Shown here: in pieces, positions 22,201-36,302 of the stretch
How the letters are laid out: each line of letters starts with the position of its first letter
How positions within the stretch are numbered: the stretch's first letter is position 1
NCBI GenBank assembly: GCA_032718475.1
Contig: JAUCBJ010009138.1
Span: 1 to 48,265 of the forward strand
Source of the DNA: Nemertoderma westbladi
Lineage: Eukaryota; Animalia; Xenacoelomorpha
Length of the DNA stretch: 48,265 nucleotides
Direction: 5' to 3'
Notes under the pieces: generated by a model
The model's input: only the letters and a program-made list of their open reading frames with translations
What the model was told of the DNA's origin: nothing
Database searches by the model: none
Translations under genes and position numbers: made by a program

Positions 22201-22915
22201 AAAAATCGCATAGACATAAACAAAAAAGGTCTTATGAACAATACTGCCTGATATCCTGGAGTAAAATAGTCCTATGTACAGTAAAAATCGCATAGACATA
22301 AACAAAAAAGGTCTTATGTACAATACTGCCTGATATCCTGGAGTAAAATAGTCCTATGTACAGTAAAAATCGCATAGACATAAACAAAAAAGGTCTTATG
22401 AACAATACTGCCTGATATCCTGGAGTAAAATAGTCCTATGTACAGAAAAAATCGCATAGACATAAACAAAAAAGGTCTTATTTACAATACTGCCTGATAT
22501 CCTGGAGTAAAATAGTCCTATGTACAGAAAAAATCGCATAGACATAAACAAAAAAGGTCTTATGTACAATACTGCCTGATATCCTGGAGTAAAATAGTCC
22601 TTATGTACAGTAAAAATCGCATAGACATAAACAAAAAAGGTCTTATGTACAATACTGCCTGATATCCTGGAGTAAAATAATCCTATGTACAGTAAAAATC
22701 GCATAGACATAAACAAAAAAGGTCTTATGAACAATACTGCCTGATATCCTGCTGGAGTAAAATAGTCCTATGTACAGTAAAAATCGCATAGACATAAACA
22801 AAAAAGGTCTTATGTACAATACTGCCTGATATCCTGCTGGAGTAAAATAGTCCTATGTACAGTAAAAATCGCATAGACATAAACAAAAAAGGTCTTATTT
22901 ACAATACTGCCTGAT
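19268..22915. repeat. 82/83-bp intronic satellite, about 44 copies
   Basis: Unit TATGTACAATACTGCCTGATATCCTGGAGTAAAATAGTCCTATGTACAGTAAAAATCGCATAGACATAAACAAAAAAGGTCT, near-identical copies. Confidence 0.97.
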
Positions 22916-23483
22916 TTATGCAAAACAATTTTGAAGTTTTTGAAAATAATTGTTTTTGAAAGTAAAGATTTTGAAGTACTCTTATGTACTATGTACTCTA
23001 TGTAGTAATCTATGTACTTACTTGCATGCAAAAATACAGATTGCCAACATCAACTGTGTTTTTTATGCTGATCCCTTCATTTGCTTGCAGTTAGACTGTT
23101 TCTAAGTCTATCTTTTTCAATGTATTGTTTGAATGTTTATAATTAGTGTACATTATCGCTGCAAGTGTTAATATGCCTACTGTTAAATGTCATATTAATA
23201 AATATTCATAACAAAAACATAAACCTTTCCCACTGACTGACCTTTCAACCTCAATCAGAATAACCAAACCAATCTCTCTGCTCTTTTTTTTATTGTTGTA
23301 AATACCGTTGAGTAAAAAAATTAAAAAAAATGAAATTATTAAAAAAATTTAGTTTACTCGCTACGATCGATCACATTACTCTAACTAAAATGAGTAACAA
23401 TAAAATGTAACTTGGTAGAAGACAAACCTCCATCAATGGTGATTACCTAATCTTGCTACATTTATGTATCTTGTGATTATAAG

Positions 23484-23621
23484 GTGGGCAATATATAATA
23501 TTAACGGCGCAACGACTGACTACACTGGATGGAGCGCCATACTGACCCCCGGAGACTACCCAAATCTATACAACTTACCGAATTCATTTGGTGGATCAAA
23601 TTTCGACAATATTATCTCCAG
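23484..23621 (+). CDS. Beta/gamma-crystallin-family gene, exon encoding Greek key 2
   Basis: ataag| ... |gtaatg, 138 bp, phase 2-2. WAIYNINGATTDYTGWSAILTPGDYPNLYNLPNSFGGSNFDNIISS. Confidence 0.88.
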
Positions 23622-23971
23622 GTAATGCAAAATTGGACCTACAAAAAAAATAATATTATACACCACCATAGCGCTTGGTTCAGAAAAAAATGAACGCCAA
23701 TTCTGATTGCACATTTTAATGTGGGTTTGGTACCCAGTGTCGAAAAAGTGTAAAACGAAAAAAAATATTTCGCGGAATCTTTGAAAATCATTTAATATTT
23801 TAATTATTAACAAATATTAATAATATTAAATCCATTAATAATATATTGAATTAATAATAATATTATACAAACAATTAATAACATATGGAACGGACTAAAT
23901 ATTTATGCTGTTAAGTTGGAAATTCGCCCATTTGTAATTATTATATTTTAAATTATTAAATAATATTACTT

Positions 23972-24261
23972 GAATTTTCAGTGCTCACCACACTCTCATA
24001 AGATGGCATATTTTCAGTGATCACAATCTCATAAGATTGTATATTTTCAGTGATCACAATCTCATAAGATTGTATATTTTCATCAGTTACTCTTTCATAC
24101 AACCCCCACAAACTGTATATTTTCAGCAGTCACTCTCTCATACAACCCCCACAAACTGTATATTTTCAGCAGTCACTCTCTCATACAACCCCCACACACT
24201 GTATATTTTAAGTGCTCACAGTTGTATATTTTCAGCGCGATCACACTCTGTATATTTTCAG
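23972..24261 (+). repeat. Degenerate minisatellite of duplicated splice-acceptor-like units
   Basis: About 8-9 copies of TATATTTTCAG-like sequence at ~25-43 bp spacing. The last copy is the acceptor of the next exon. Confidence 0.7.
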
Positions 24262-24435
24262 TCTTCACCCTCTTACACGCCACGGGAACGAATCAACACT
24301 TGTACTGTTTGATGGGAATGAATTCCGCAATGCTTATCGCATTCTCACTGAGAGTAGTGCCGACTTGTCTACCATAAGTATGAATAATAAAGTTACTTCA
24401 GTGATAATAACAGGTGGAACTTGGGAGCTTTATAA
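24262..24435 (+). CDS. Beta/gamma-crystallin-family gene, exon encoding Greek key 3
   Basis: ttttcag| ... |gttagt, 174 bp, phase 2-2. LHPLTRHGNESTLVLFDGNEFRNAYRILTESSADLSTISMNNKVTSVIITGGTWELY. Confidence 0.9.
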
Positions 24436-26160
24436 GTTAGTTTTATTTATGCTATTTTGACTAAAATTGTAAATTTTTCCATCAAGCATCAAAAATCGGC
24501 CTGTTAATTTACAACTGGAAATTAATTTTGTATTTTTGACTTTTTATTTATTAATTCATTTTACATTTCCCACCGTAGTTAATCTTCTGCTGGTTTTTTT
24601 TTTTACTTTTTACTTAATATTCGCATTAAGTCATTATCATGTCAAGGTCATTATAATAACATAACATTTATTTACAGTATTTCCACAGATATCATTTTTT
24701 AGCGATTTTAATGACTTTAATCCCAAGCCATAACAGTATTTTTATTTTCCAGTAATAATATTTTAATAGTAATTTTAAATATTGATCTGTGAACAATTAA
24801 AATTAAATTACGTAAATTAGGTTATAATAATCTGATAACTTTTAAGACTATTTTAAAAATGTTACTGTTTATCATTTTTTAATTCGCCAGGAACTAACGT
24901 GCAGTCTGTGACTTGAATTATTTATTGCCTTAATTTACTTTCATTTGGCTTTTTAACTATTTAAAAACTAATGAATAAAAAAAAAACTGGAAATTGAGAA
25001 CTGAAACTTGGAAAAGGAAATTTAACAGGCAATACAATACCCTGTCATTATTGAGGAGCTTTTCAAAGTCGATTTCAAAATCGAAAGTTCGATATTATTA
25101 CTCTCGGAATTTTTACTCTCGATACTTTTTCTCTCGATATTTTAGTTTCCCCCTGGCAGCCTAGTAATTCCTCATAAAAATATATTAAAAGAAGACAAAG
25201 AAGACCACCTACACACCTTAGTACAAATACCCCAAAGCTAAATTCCGATTTTGTGTAACTTTTTTACGTTTTTCGAAATAATATTTAATTGTCTGCTGTG
25301 TACAGTACTGTACTTTATAGCCCTATAAAATCCCGATCCCGGACGACTTAGGGTAGACTTATGTAGATACAATAAATTTGAAGCTTTTATAGATTATACT
25401 TTTATTAGGATTATACATTGTAATTACATGTAAATTACATATAATATGTAATGTGTTATTGGAAACCGGTTTATGGACAATTGGTACTGATTTTAATACT
25501 ACGAATACACCAAATATAGCCATGCTATGTTCGACATAGCATGGTCTATAATGCTACGATACAAAGCTGTTGCTATGTTCTAGCCTAAATAACCGAAAGT
25601 AAAAGAAAATAAAAGAACCAGTCTACCTAATTACAGCTATTTTGAATGTCCAGAATTTATATTATTTTAATTTGATATTATGCTATGATGCTATATATAG
25701 CATTATTTAGGATGCTATGCTGTCAAAATATTGCTATGGTTAACTAAAATACCATAATTAGTACTAAATACATTGTGACTAACTTTTTAACTGCAATTAT
25801 TGGGGTCTGGTGTTGATAGACTGGTAGACTGGCCAATATGCTACATTGTGCTATGTATAGCATAATCAATCATGCTATACGGCAAATATGTTATTATGAC
25901 TCATATTAGGCCCAACTGAGCTACTTAGATTTTGGTGCTATATTGTATAATAATATGGCTCGAATGGACAGACTACTTGGGTTAATATAAACTTAATAAT
26001 GGTATGTGTCAAAATTGACACACACGGCCTTTCTAGGGGTAGTCATTGTCTGGCCTTTCTAATGTTAATATAATTATTTATCCTTAACTCTCTATTAGCA
26101 AATGTTTTACAAACTTTAATGAGTAACTTATATGAACTAATTGTATTTTATTCCTTTCAG

Positions 26161-26269
26161 TGGCGCATCCTTTACTTCCACAATGATCGGACCACTCACA
26201 ACAGGACAATATCTCTCAACTGATATAACCCCATTGAATAATCTAATATCCTCAGTGAAACTTGTATAA
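26161..26269 (+). CDS. Beta/gamma-crystallin-family gene, last coding exon (Greek key 4)
   Basis: ttcctttcag|, in frame: NGASFTSTMIGPLTTGQYLSTDITPLNNLISSVKLV*. Confidence 0.85.
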
Positions 26270-29200
26270 GATACTCGTATAAACTTGTATAAGATACTTG
26301 TATAAACTTGTATAAGATACTTGTATAAACTTGTATAAGATACTTGTATAAACTTGTATAAGATACTTGTATAAACTTGTATAAGATACTTGTATAAACT
26401 TGTATAAGATACTTGTATAAACTTGTATAAGATACTTGTATAAACTTGTATAAGATACTTGTATAAACTTGTATAAGATACTTGTATAAACTTGTATAAG
26501 ATACTTGTATAAACTTGTATAAGATACTTGTATAAACTTGTATAAGATACTTGTATAAACTTGTATAAGATACTTGTATAAACTTGTATAAGATACTTGT
26601 ATAAACTTGTATAAGATACTTGTATAAACTTGTATAAGATACTTGTATAAACTTGTATAAGATACTTGTATAAACTTGTATAAGATACTTGTATAAACTT
26701 GTATAAGATACTTGTATAAACTTGTATAAGATACTTGTATAAACTTGTATAAGATACTTGTATAAACTTGTATAAGATACTTGTATAAACTTGTATAAGA
26801 TACTTGTATAAACTTGTATAAGATACTTGTATAAACTTGTATAAGATACTTGTATAAACTTGTATAAGATACTTGTATAAACTTGTATAAGATACTTGTA
26901 TAAACTTGTATAAGATACTTGTATAAACTTGTATAAGATACTTGTATAAACTTGTATAAGATACTTGTATAAACTTGTATAAGATACTTGTATAAACTTG
27001 TATAAGATACTCTGTATAAACTTGTATAAGATACTTGTATAAACTTGTATAAGATACTTGTATAAACTTGTATAAGATACTTGTATAAACTTGTATAAGA
27101 TACTTGTATAAACTTGTATAAGATACTTGTATAAACTTGTATAAGATACTTGTATAAACTTGTATAAGATACTTGTATAAACTTGTATAAGATACTTGTA
27201 TAAACTTGTATAAGATACTTGTATAAACTTGTATAAGATACTTGTATAAACTTGTATAAGATACTTGTATAAACTTGTATAAGATACTTGTATAAACTTG
27301 TATAAGATACTTGTATAAACTTGTATAAGATACTTGTATAAACTTGTATAAGATACTCTGTATAAGATACTTGTATAAGATACTTGTATAAACTTGTATA
27401 AGATACTTGTATAAACTTGTATAAGATACTTGTATAAACTTGTATAAGATACTTGTATAAACTTGTATAAGATACTTGTATAAACTTGTATAAGATACTT
27501 GTATAAACTTGTATAAGATACTTGTATAAACTTGTATAAGATACTTGTATAAACTTGTATAAGATACTTGTATAAACTTGTATAAGATACTTGTATAAAC
27601 TTGTATAAGATACTTGTATAAACTTGTATAAGATACTTGTATAAACTTGTATAAGATACTTGTATAAACTTGTATAAGATACTTGTATAAACTTGTATAA
27701 GATACTTGTATAAACTTGTATAAGATACTTGTATAAACTTGTATAAGATACTTGTATAAACTTGTATAAGATACTTGTATAAACTTGTATAAGATACTTG
27801 TATAAACTTGTATAAGATACTTGTATAAACTTGTATAAGATACTTGTATAAACTTGTATAAGATACTTGTATAAACTTGTATAAGATACTTGTATAAACT
27901 TGTATAAGATACTTGTATAAACTTGTATAAGATACTTGTATAAACTTGTATAAGATACTTGTATAAACTTGTATAAGATACTTGTATAAACTTGTATAAG
28001 ATACTTGTATAAACTTGTATAAGATACTTGTATAAACTTGTATAAGATACTTGTATAAACTTGTATAAGATACTTGTATAAACTTGTATAAGATACTTGT
28101 ATAAACTTGTATAAGATACTTGTATAAACTTGTATAAGATACTTGTATAAACTTGTATAAGATACTTGTATAAACTTGTATAAGATACTTGTATAAACTT
28201 GTATAAGATACTTGTATAAACTTGTATAAGATACTTGTATAAACTTGTATAAGATACTTGTATAGATACTTGTATAAGATACTTGTATAAACTTGTATAA
28301 GATACTTGTATAAACTTGTATAAGATACTTGTATAAACTTGTATAAGATACTTGTATAAACTTGTATAAGATACTTGTATAAACTTGTATAAGATACTTG
28401 TATAAACTTGTATAAGATACTTGTATAAACTTGTATAAGATACTTGTATAAACTTGTATAAGATACTTGTATAAACTTGTATAAGATACTTGTATAAACT
28501 TGTATAAGATACTTGTATAAACTTGTATAAGATACTTGTATAAACTTGTATAAGATACTTGTATAAACTTGTATAAGATACTTGTATAAACTTGTATAAG
28601 ATACTTGTATAAACTTGTATAAGATACTTGTATAAACTTGTATAAGATACTTGTATAAACTTGTATAAGATACTTGTATAAACTTGTATAAGATACTTGT
28701 ATAAACTTGTATAAGATACTTGTATAAACTTGTATAAGATACTTGTATAAACTTGTATAAGATACTTGTATAAACTTGTATAAGATACTTGTATAAACTT
28801 GTATAAGATACTTGTATAAACTTGTATAAGATACTTGTATAAACTTGTATAAGATACTTGTATAAACTTGTATAAGATACTNNNNNNNNNNNNNNNNNNN
28901 NNNNNNNNNNNNNNNNNNNNNNNNNNNNNNNNNNNNNNNNNNNNNNNNNNNNNNNNNNNNNNNNNNNNNNNNNNNNNNNNNGATACTTGTATAAACTTGT
29001 ATAAGATACTTGTATAAACTTGTATAAGATACTTGTATAAACTTGTATAAGATACTTGTATAAACTTGTATAAGATACTTGTATAAACTTGTATAAGATA
29101 CTTGTATAAACTTGTATAAGATACTTGTATAAACTTGTATAAGATACTTGTATAAACTTGTATAAGATACTTGTATAAACTTGTATAAGATACTTGTATA

Positions 29201-32200
29201 AACTTGTATAAGATACTTGTATAAACTTGTATAAGATACTTGTATAAACTTGTATAAGATACTTGTATAAACTTGTATAAGATACTTGTATAAACTTGTA
29301 TAAGATACTTGTATAAACTTGTATAAGATACTTGTATAAACTTGTATAAGATACTTGTATAAACTTGTATAAGATACTTGTATAAACTTGTATAAGATAC
29401 TTGTATAAACTTGTATAAGATACTTGTATAAACTTGTATAAGATACTTGTATAAACTTGTATAAGATACTTGTATAAACTTGTATAAGATACTTGTATAA
29501 ACTTGTATAAGATACTTGTATAAACTTGTATAAGATACTTGTATAAACTTGTATAAGATACTTGTATAAACTTGTATAAGATACTTGTATAAACTTGTAT
29601 AAGATACTTGTATAAACTTGTATAAGATACTTGTATAAACTTGTATAAGATACTTGTATAAACTTGTATAAGATACTTGTATAAACTTGTATAAGATACT
29701 TGTATAAACTTGTATAAGATACTTGTATAAACTTGTATAAGATACTTGTATAAACTTGTATAAGATACTTGTATAAACTTGTATAAGATACTTGTATAAA
29801 CTTGTATAAGATACTTGTATAAACTTGTATAAGATACTTGTATAAACTTGTATAAGATACTTGTATAAACTTGTATAAGATACTTGTATAAACTTGTATA
29901 AGATACTTGTATAAACTTGTATAAGATACTTGTATAAACTTGTATAAGATACTTGTATAAACTTGTATAAGATACTTGTATAAACTTGTATAAGATACTT
30001 GTATAAACTTGTATAAGATACTTGTATAAACTTGTATAAGATACTTGTATAAACTTGTATAAGATACTTGTATAAACTTGTATAAGATACTTGTATAAAC
30101 TTGTATAAGATACTTGTATAAACTTGTATAAGATACTTGTATAAACTTGTATAAGATACTTGTATAAACTTGTATAAGATACTTGTATAAACTTGTATAA
30201 GATACTTGTATAAACTTGTATAAGATACTTGTATAAACTTGTATAAGATACTTGTATAAACTTGTATAAGATACTTGTATAAACTTGTATAAGATACTTG
30301 TATAAACTTGTATAAGATACTTGTATAAACTTGTATAAGATACTTGTATAAACTTGTATAAGATACTTGTATAAACTTGTATAAGATACTTGTATAAACT
30401 TGTATAAGATACTTGTATAAACTTGTATAAGATACTTGTATAAACTTGTATAAGATACTTGTATAAACTTGTATAAGATACTTGTATAAACTTGTATAAG
30501 ATACTTGTATAAACTTGTATAAGATACTTGTATAAACTTGTATAAGATACTTGTATAAACTTGTATAAGATACTTGTATAAACTTGTATAAGATACTTGT
30601 ATAAACTTGTATAAGATACTTGTATAAACTTGTATAAGATACTTGTATAAACTTGTATAAGATACTTGTATAAACTTGTATAAGATACTTGTATAAACTT
30701 GTATAAGATACTTGTATAAACTTGTATAAGATACTTGTATAAACTTGTATAAGATACTTGTATAAACTTGTATAAGATACTTGTATAAACTTGTATAAGA
30801 TACTTGTATAAACTTGTATAAGATACTTGTATAAACTTGTATAAGATACTTGTATAAACTTGTATAAGATACTTGTATAAACTTGTATAAGATACTTGTA
30901 TAAACTTGTATAAGATACTTGTATAAACTTGTATAAGATACTTGTATAAACTTGTATAAGATACTTGTATAAACTTGTATAAGATACTTGTATAAACTTG
31001 TATAAGATACTTGTATAAACTTGTATAAGATACTTGTATAAACTTGTATAAGATACTTGTATAAACTTGTATAAGATACTTGTATAAACTTGTATAAGAT
31101 ACTTGTATAAACTTGTATAAGATACTTGTATAAACTTGTATAAGATACTTGTATAAACTTGTATAAGATACTTGTATAAACTTGTATAAGATACTTGTAT
31201 AAACTTGTATAAGATACTTGTATAAACTTGTATAAGATACTTGTATAAACTTGTATAAGATACTTGTATAAACTTGTATAAGATACTTGTATAAACTTGT
31301 ATAAGATACTTGTATAAACTTGTATAAGATACTTGTATAAACTTGTATAAGATACTTGTATAAACTTGTATAAGATACTTGTATAAACTTGTATAAGATA
31401 CTTGTATAAACTTGTATAAGATACTTGTATAAACTTGTATAAGATACTTGTATAAACTTGTATAAGATACTTGTATAAACTTGTATAAGATACTTGTATA
31501 AACTTGTATAAGATACTTGTATAAACTTGTATAAGATACTTGTATAAACTTGTATAAGATACTTGTATAAACTTGTATAAGATACTTGTATAAACTTGTA
31601 TAAGATACTTGTATAAACTTGTATAAGATACTTGTATAAACTTGTATAAGATACTTGTATAAACTTGTATAAGATACTTGTATAAACTTGTATAAGATAC
31701 TTGTATAAACTTGTATAAGATACTTGTATAAACTTGTATAAGATACTTGTATAAACTTGTATAAGATACTTGTATAAACTTGTATAAGATACTTGTATAA
31801 ACTTGTATAAGATACTTGTATAAACTTGTATAAGATACTTGTATAAACTTGTATAAGATACTTGTATAAACTTGTATAAGATACTTGTATAAACTTGTAT
31901 AAGATACTTGTATAAACTTGTATAAGATACTTGTATAAACTTGTATAAGATACTTGTATAAACTTGTATAAGATACTTGTATAAACTTGTATAAGATACT
32001 TGTATAAACTTGTATAAGATACTTGTATAAACTTGTATAAGATACTTGTATAAACTTGTATAAGATACTTGTATAAACTTGTATAAGATACTTGTATAAA
32101 CTTGTATAAGATACTTGTATAAACTTGTATAAGATACTTGTATAAACTTGTATAAGATACTTGTATAAACTTGTATAAGATACTTGTATAAACTTGTATA

Positions 32201-34510
32201 AGATACTTGTATAAACTTGTATAAGATACTTGTATAAACTTGTATAAGATACTTGTATAAACTTGTATAAGATACTTGTATAAACTTGTATAAGATACTT
32301 GTATAAACTTGTATAAGATACTTGTATAAACTTGTATAAGATACTTGTATAAACTTGTATAAGATACTTGTATAAACTTGTATAAGATACTTGTATAAAC
32401 TTGTATAAGATACTTGTATAAACTTGTATAAGATACTTGTATAAACTTGTATAAGATACTTGTATAAACTTGTATAAGATACTTGTATAAACTTGTATAA
32501 GATACTTGTATAAACTTGTATAAGATACTTGTATAAACTTGTATAAGATACTTGTATAAACTTGTATAAGATACTTGTATAAACTTGTATAAGATACTTG
32601 TATAAACTTGTATAAGATACTTGTATAAACTTGTATAAGATACTTGTATAAACTTGTATAAGATACTTGTATAAACTTGTATAAGATACTTGTATAAACT
32701 TGTATAAGATACTTGTATAAACTTGTATAAGATACTTGTATAAACTTGTATAAGATACTTGTATAAACTTGTATAAGATACTTGTATAAACTTGTATAAG
32801 ATACTTGTATAAACTTGTATAAGATACTTGTATAAACTTGTATAAGATACTTGTATAAACTTGTATAAGATACTTGTATAAACTTGTATAAGATACTTGT
32901 ATAAACTTGTATAAGATACTTGTATAAACTTGTATAAGATACTCGTATAAACTTGTATAAGATACTTGTATAAACTTGTATAAGATACTTGTATAAACTT
33001 GTATAAGATACTTGTATAAACTTGTATAAGATACTTGTATAAACTTGTATAAGATACTTGTATAAACTTGTATAAGATACTTGTATAAACTTGTATAAGA
33101 TACTTGTATAAACTTGTATAAGATACTTGTATAAACTTGTATAAGATACTTGTATAAACTTGTATAAGATACTTGTATAAACTTGTATAAGATACTTGTA
33201 TAAACTTGTATAAGATACTTGTATAAACTTGTATAAGATACTTGTATAAACTTGTATAAGATACTTGTATAAACTTGTATAAGATACTTGTATAAACTTG
33301 TATAAGATACTTGTATAAACTTGTATAAGATACTTGTATAAACTTGTATAAGATACTTGTATAAACTTGTATAAGATACTTGTATAAACTTGTATAAGAT
33401 ACTTGTATAAACTTGTATAAGATACTTGTATAAACTTGTATAAGATACTTGTATAAACTTGTATAAGATACTTGTATAAACTTGTATAAGATACTTGTAT
33501 AAACTTGTATAAGATACTTGTATAAACTTGTATAAGATACTTGTATAAACTTGTATAAGATACTTGTATAAACTTGTATAAGATACTTGTATAAACTTGT
33601 ATAAGATACTTGTATAAACTTGTATAAGATACTTGTATAAACTTGTATAAGATACTTGTATAAACTTGTATAAGATACTTGTATAAACTTGTATAAGATA
33701 CTTGTATAAACTTGTATAAGATACTTGTATAAACTTGTATAAGATACTTGTATAAACTTGTATAAGATACTTGTATAAACTTGTATAAGATACTTGTATA
33801 AACTTGTATAAGATACTTGTATAAACTTGTATAAGATACTTGTATAAACTTGTATAAGATACTTGTATAAACTTGTATAAGATACTTGTATAAACTTGTA
33901 TAAGATACTTGTATAAACTTGTATAAGATACTTGTATAAACTTGTATAAGATACTTGTATAAACTTGTATAAGATACTTGTATAAACTTGTATAAGATAC
34001 TTGTATAAACTTGTATAAGATACTTGTATAAACTTGTATAAGATACTTGTATAAACTTGTATAAGATACTCGTATAAACTTGTATAAGATACTTGTATAA
34101 ACTTGTATAAGATACTCGTATAAACTTGTATAAGATACTTGTATAAACTTGTATAAGATACTTGTATAAACTTGTATAAGATACTCGTATAAACTTGTAT
34201 AAGATACTTGTATAAACTTGTATAAGATACTTGTATAAACTTGTATAAGATACTTGTATAAACTTGTATAAGATACTTGTATAAACTTGTATAAGATACT
34301 TGTATAAACTTGTATAAGATACTTGTATAAACTTGTATAAGATACTCGTATAAACTTGTATAAGATACTTGTATAAACTTGTATAAGATACTTGTATAAA
34401 CTTGTATAAGATACTTGTATAAACTTGTATAAGATACTTGTATAAACTTGTATAAGATACTTGTATAAACTTGTATAAGATACTTGTATAAACTTGTATA
34501 AACTTGTATA
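26258..34510. repeat. 23-bp satellite GAT(ACTTGTATAA)2, >8 kb, true length unknown
   Basis: Nearly invariant 23-bp period. Rare ACTCGTAT variants cluster at the array ends. Spans an N gap. Confidence 0.98.
28882..28981. other. Assembly gap (100 N)
   Basis: Run of N inside the satellite. Confidence 0.99.
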
Positions 34511-35596
34511 TTATCTTTGGTTTATCTAATTGGAACGTTTATTCTCTGATAATCTCTTATTTACATTATTTATTATCACTAGTTTCATCGAGTGAAAATT
34601 ATTTATTTAACATTAAAGTTACATTTTATTCGAAAATGGAAATGTAATTTTTTTGGTATTTTCTGCTTCTTATAAAGCAGGATAATATGTAATGTATGAC
34701 TTTTTACATCGTCATGTGGTTTTTAGTTGAATGAATAGGTCCCCAGTCTATCTGATTGAACGAATTGTTCTGGGCGAAAAACTTACTGCAGCGTAGGGGG
34801 AAAACGAGGTCCACCATCTGATAAGATCGGAAGGAAAGATTACAGGGAAAATAAAGGATTCTCGGCGACTAATCTCGGGTTATTATGTTATGTAATGTGT
34901 AATCGGATGTTTAACGGCACAGCGCACAGGTATACAATGCAGACAGCAGAGATCGGCCATCAAGCAATACCACAAAATACTAGCCTCGAGAAAACCAAGA
35001 CTCTTTCATTTCCCTGTCCATCTGGATAAACAGTTGCTTAACTCAATCACAAAATGAAATTTTATGTTGAATTTATTTTTAAAATATGTACATTTTTGAA
35101 TAAAATTAGAATATACTGTGATTAATCTAGCAATTTATACTATTGATATACAGTTCTTATCTCTACTAAAATCAAGCAGTAGTAAGGTAATCTTGAAAAG
35201 TTGATAATTATATTTCATTTATATTTCACGTCAAGCTACTTCTGCAGTCAGCTGATCACTGATTACATGCATGTCTGGGTCTCCAGTCGATTTTTATTTA
35301 CTTGTTTTACATACCTACCGGTACGGTTTTTTACTATTAGTTGACGTGAAATATAAATAAAATATAATCTATTAAAATCATCACTGACGATTATAAAACT
35401 CTTCGCGCGGTAATATTGAATAGTGGTAGATTATATCGGTTTGGTTAAAAGGTTTTATTTTTTGAGATAATTATATATCGACTGTTTTATACTGAAGATT
35501 CTATAACCACAGAAAGAAAATTATATATTTGCCTCATTTAAAAACATCCCTATCCGCATAGCAGAGTGCAATTTAGGGCTCTTGTGAGGTCAAGTA

Positions 35597-36302
35597 TACT
35601 ACTACTACTATTGCGACCGGCATGTTCCATTGCAGCTTTTTTTATACATATATTACATATATTAAGAATGCTGTGCCGGCTTGTCGATAAAATTGCTCCA
35701 ACTCCCTATCACCCATGACTTTTGCTAGATCATCCGCATTTTCAAGGCCAGTGTCCTTTAGGAGTCGTCTCAAGAAAGTCATGGGCTGTCCACCATGCTT
35801 ATTCACTCCATGAGGCTGCCAAAGTACGAGATTATGCACTGGATGGTCCTCACGGCGAAAGCAATGTCCTGCAAAGCAGGACATTGCAGGACAATGAGAC
35901 ACCTCCAATGTTATATATGGTCTGGTTGGAGAGGTTTGCATTGTACTTGACACAATGAACCCGGCATAGCATTCTTGTGAATGTGCCATCCAGAGATTTG
36001 GTGTCCTCAGCAGTTAGAGCCCAGCATGGACTCCCATAGAGGAGTACTGGAACTACTGCTGCTCTAAATTTATCGGACCTTAAGTTTCCGTTTAATTCTT
36101 GGTGACTTCCAAATCCTGGAAAGCCTATTCAAGGCTGCCCATGCCTTTCCCTTATGTATTCGAAGGTCCTCACCTGACTTCCGGATCCATGATCCCAGGT
36201 AACAGAAGTCATCCACATGCTCAAGCATACCATCTTTCGAGCTTATGCTCATCCGATCAGAGACTTGCTGAGGACTTTCAAAGTTAACTATCAAAATTTT
36301 GG
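35597..36302 (-). mobile_element. RTE-clade LINE 3' fragment with (TAG)n tail
   Basis: LEHVDDFCYLGSWI...AWAALNRLSRIWKS and FAGHCFRR. Same family as 46383-48265. Confidence 0.88.

Noticed and set aside
19268-22915. CRISPR-like periodic array and the many repeated minus-strand ORFs
   Set aside because: There are no unique spacers and no cas genes, and it lies in a eukaryotic intron. The ORFs are by-products of the satellite.
25088-26070. DNA-transposon remnants in the third intron (short ACTCTCG repeats, GGCCTTTCTA termini)
   Set aside because: No matching TIR pair or TSD could be established.
26258-34510. Telomeric array
   Set aside because: It is internal, not G-rich, flanked by unique DNA on both sides, and the unit coincides with the gene's stop-codon region.
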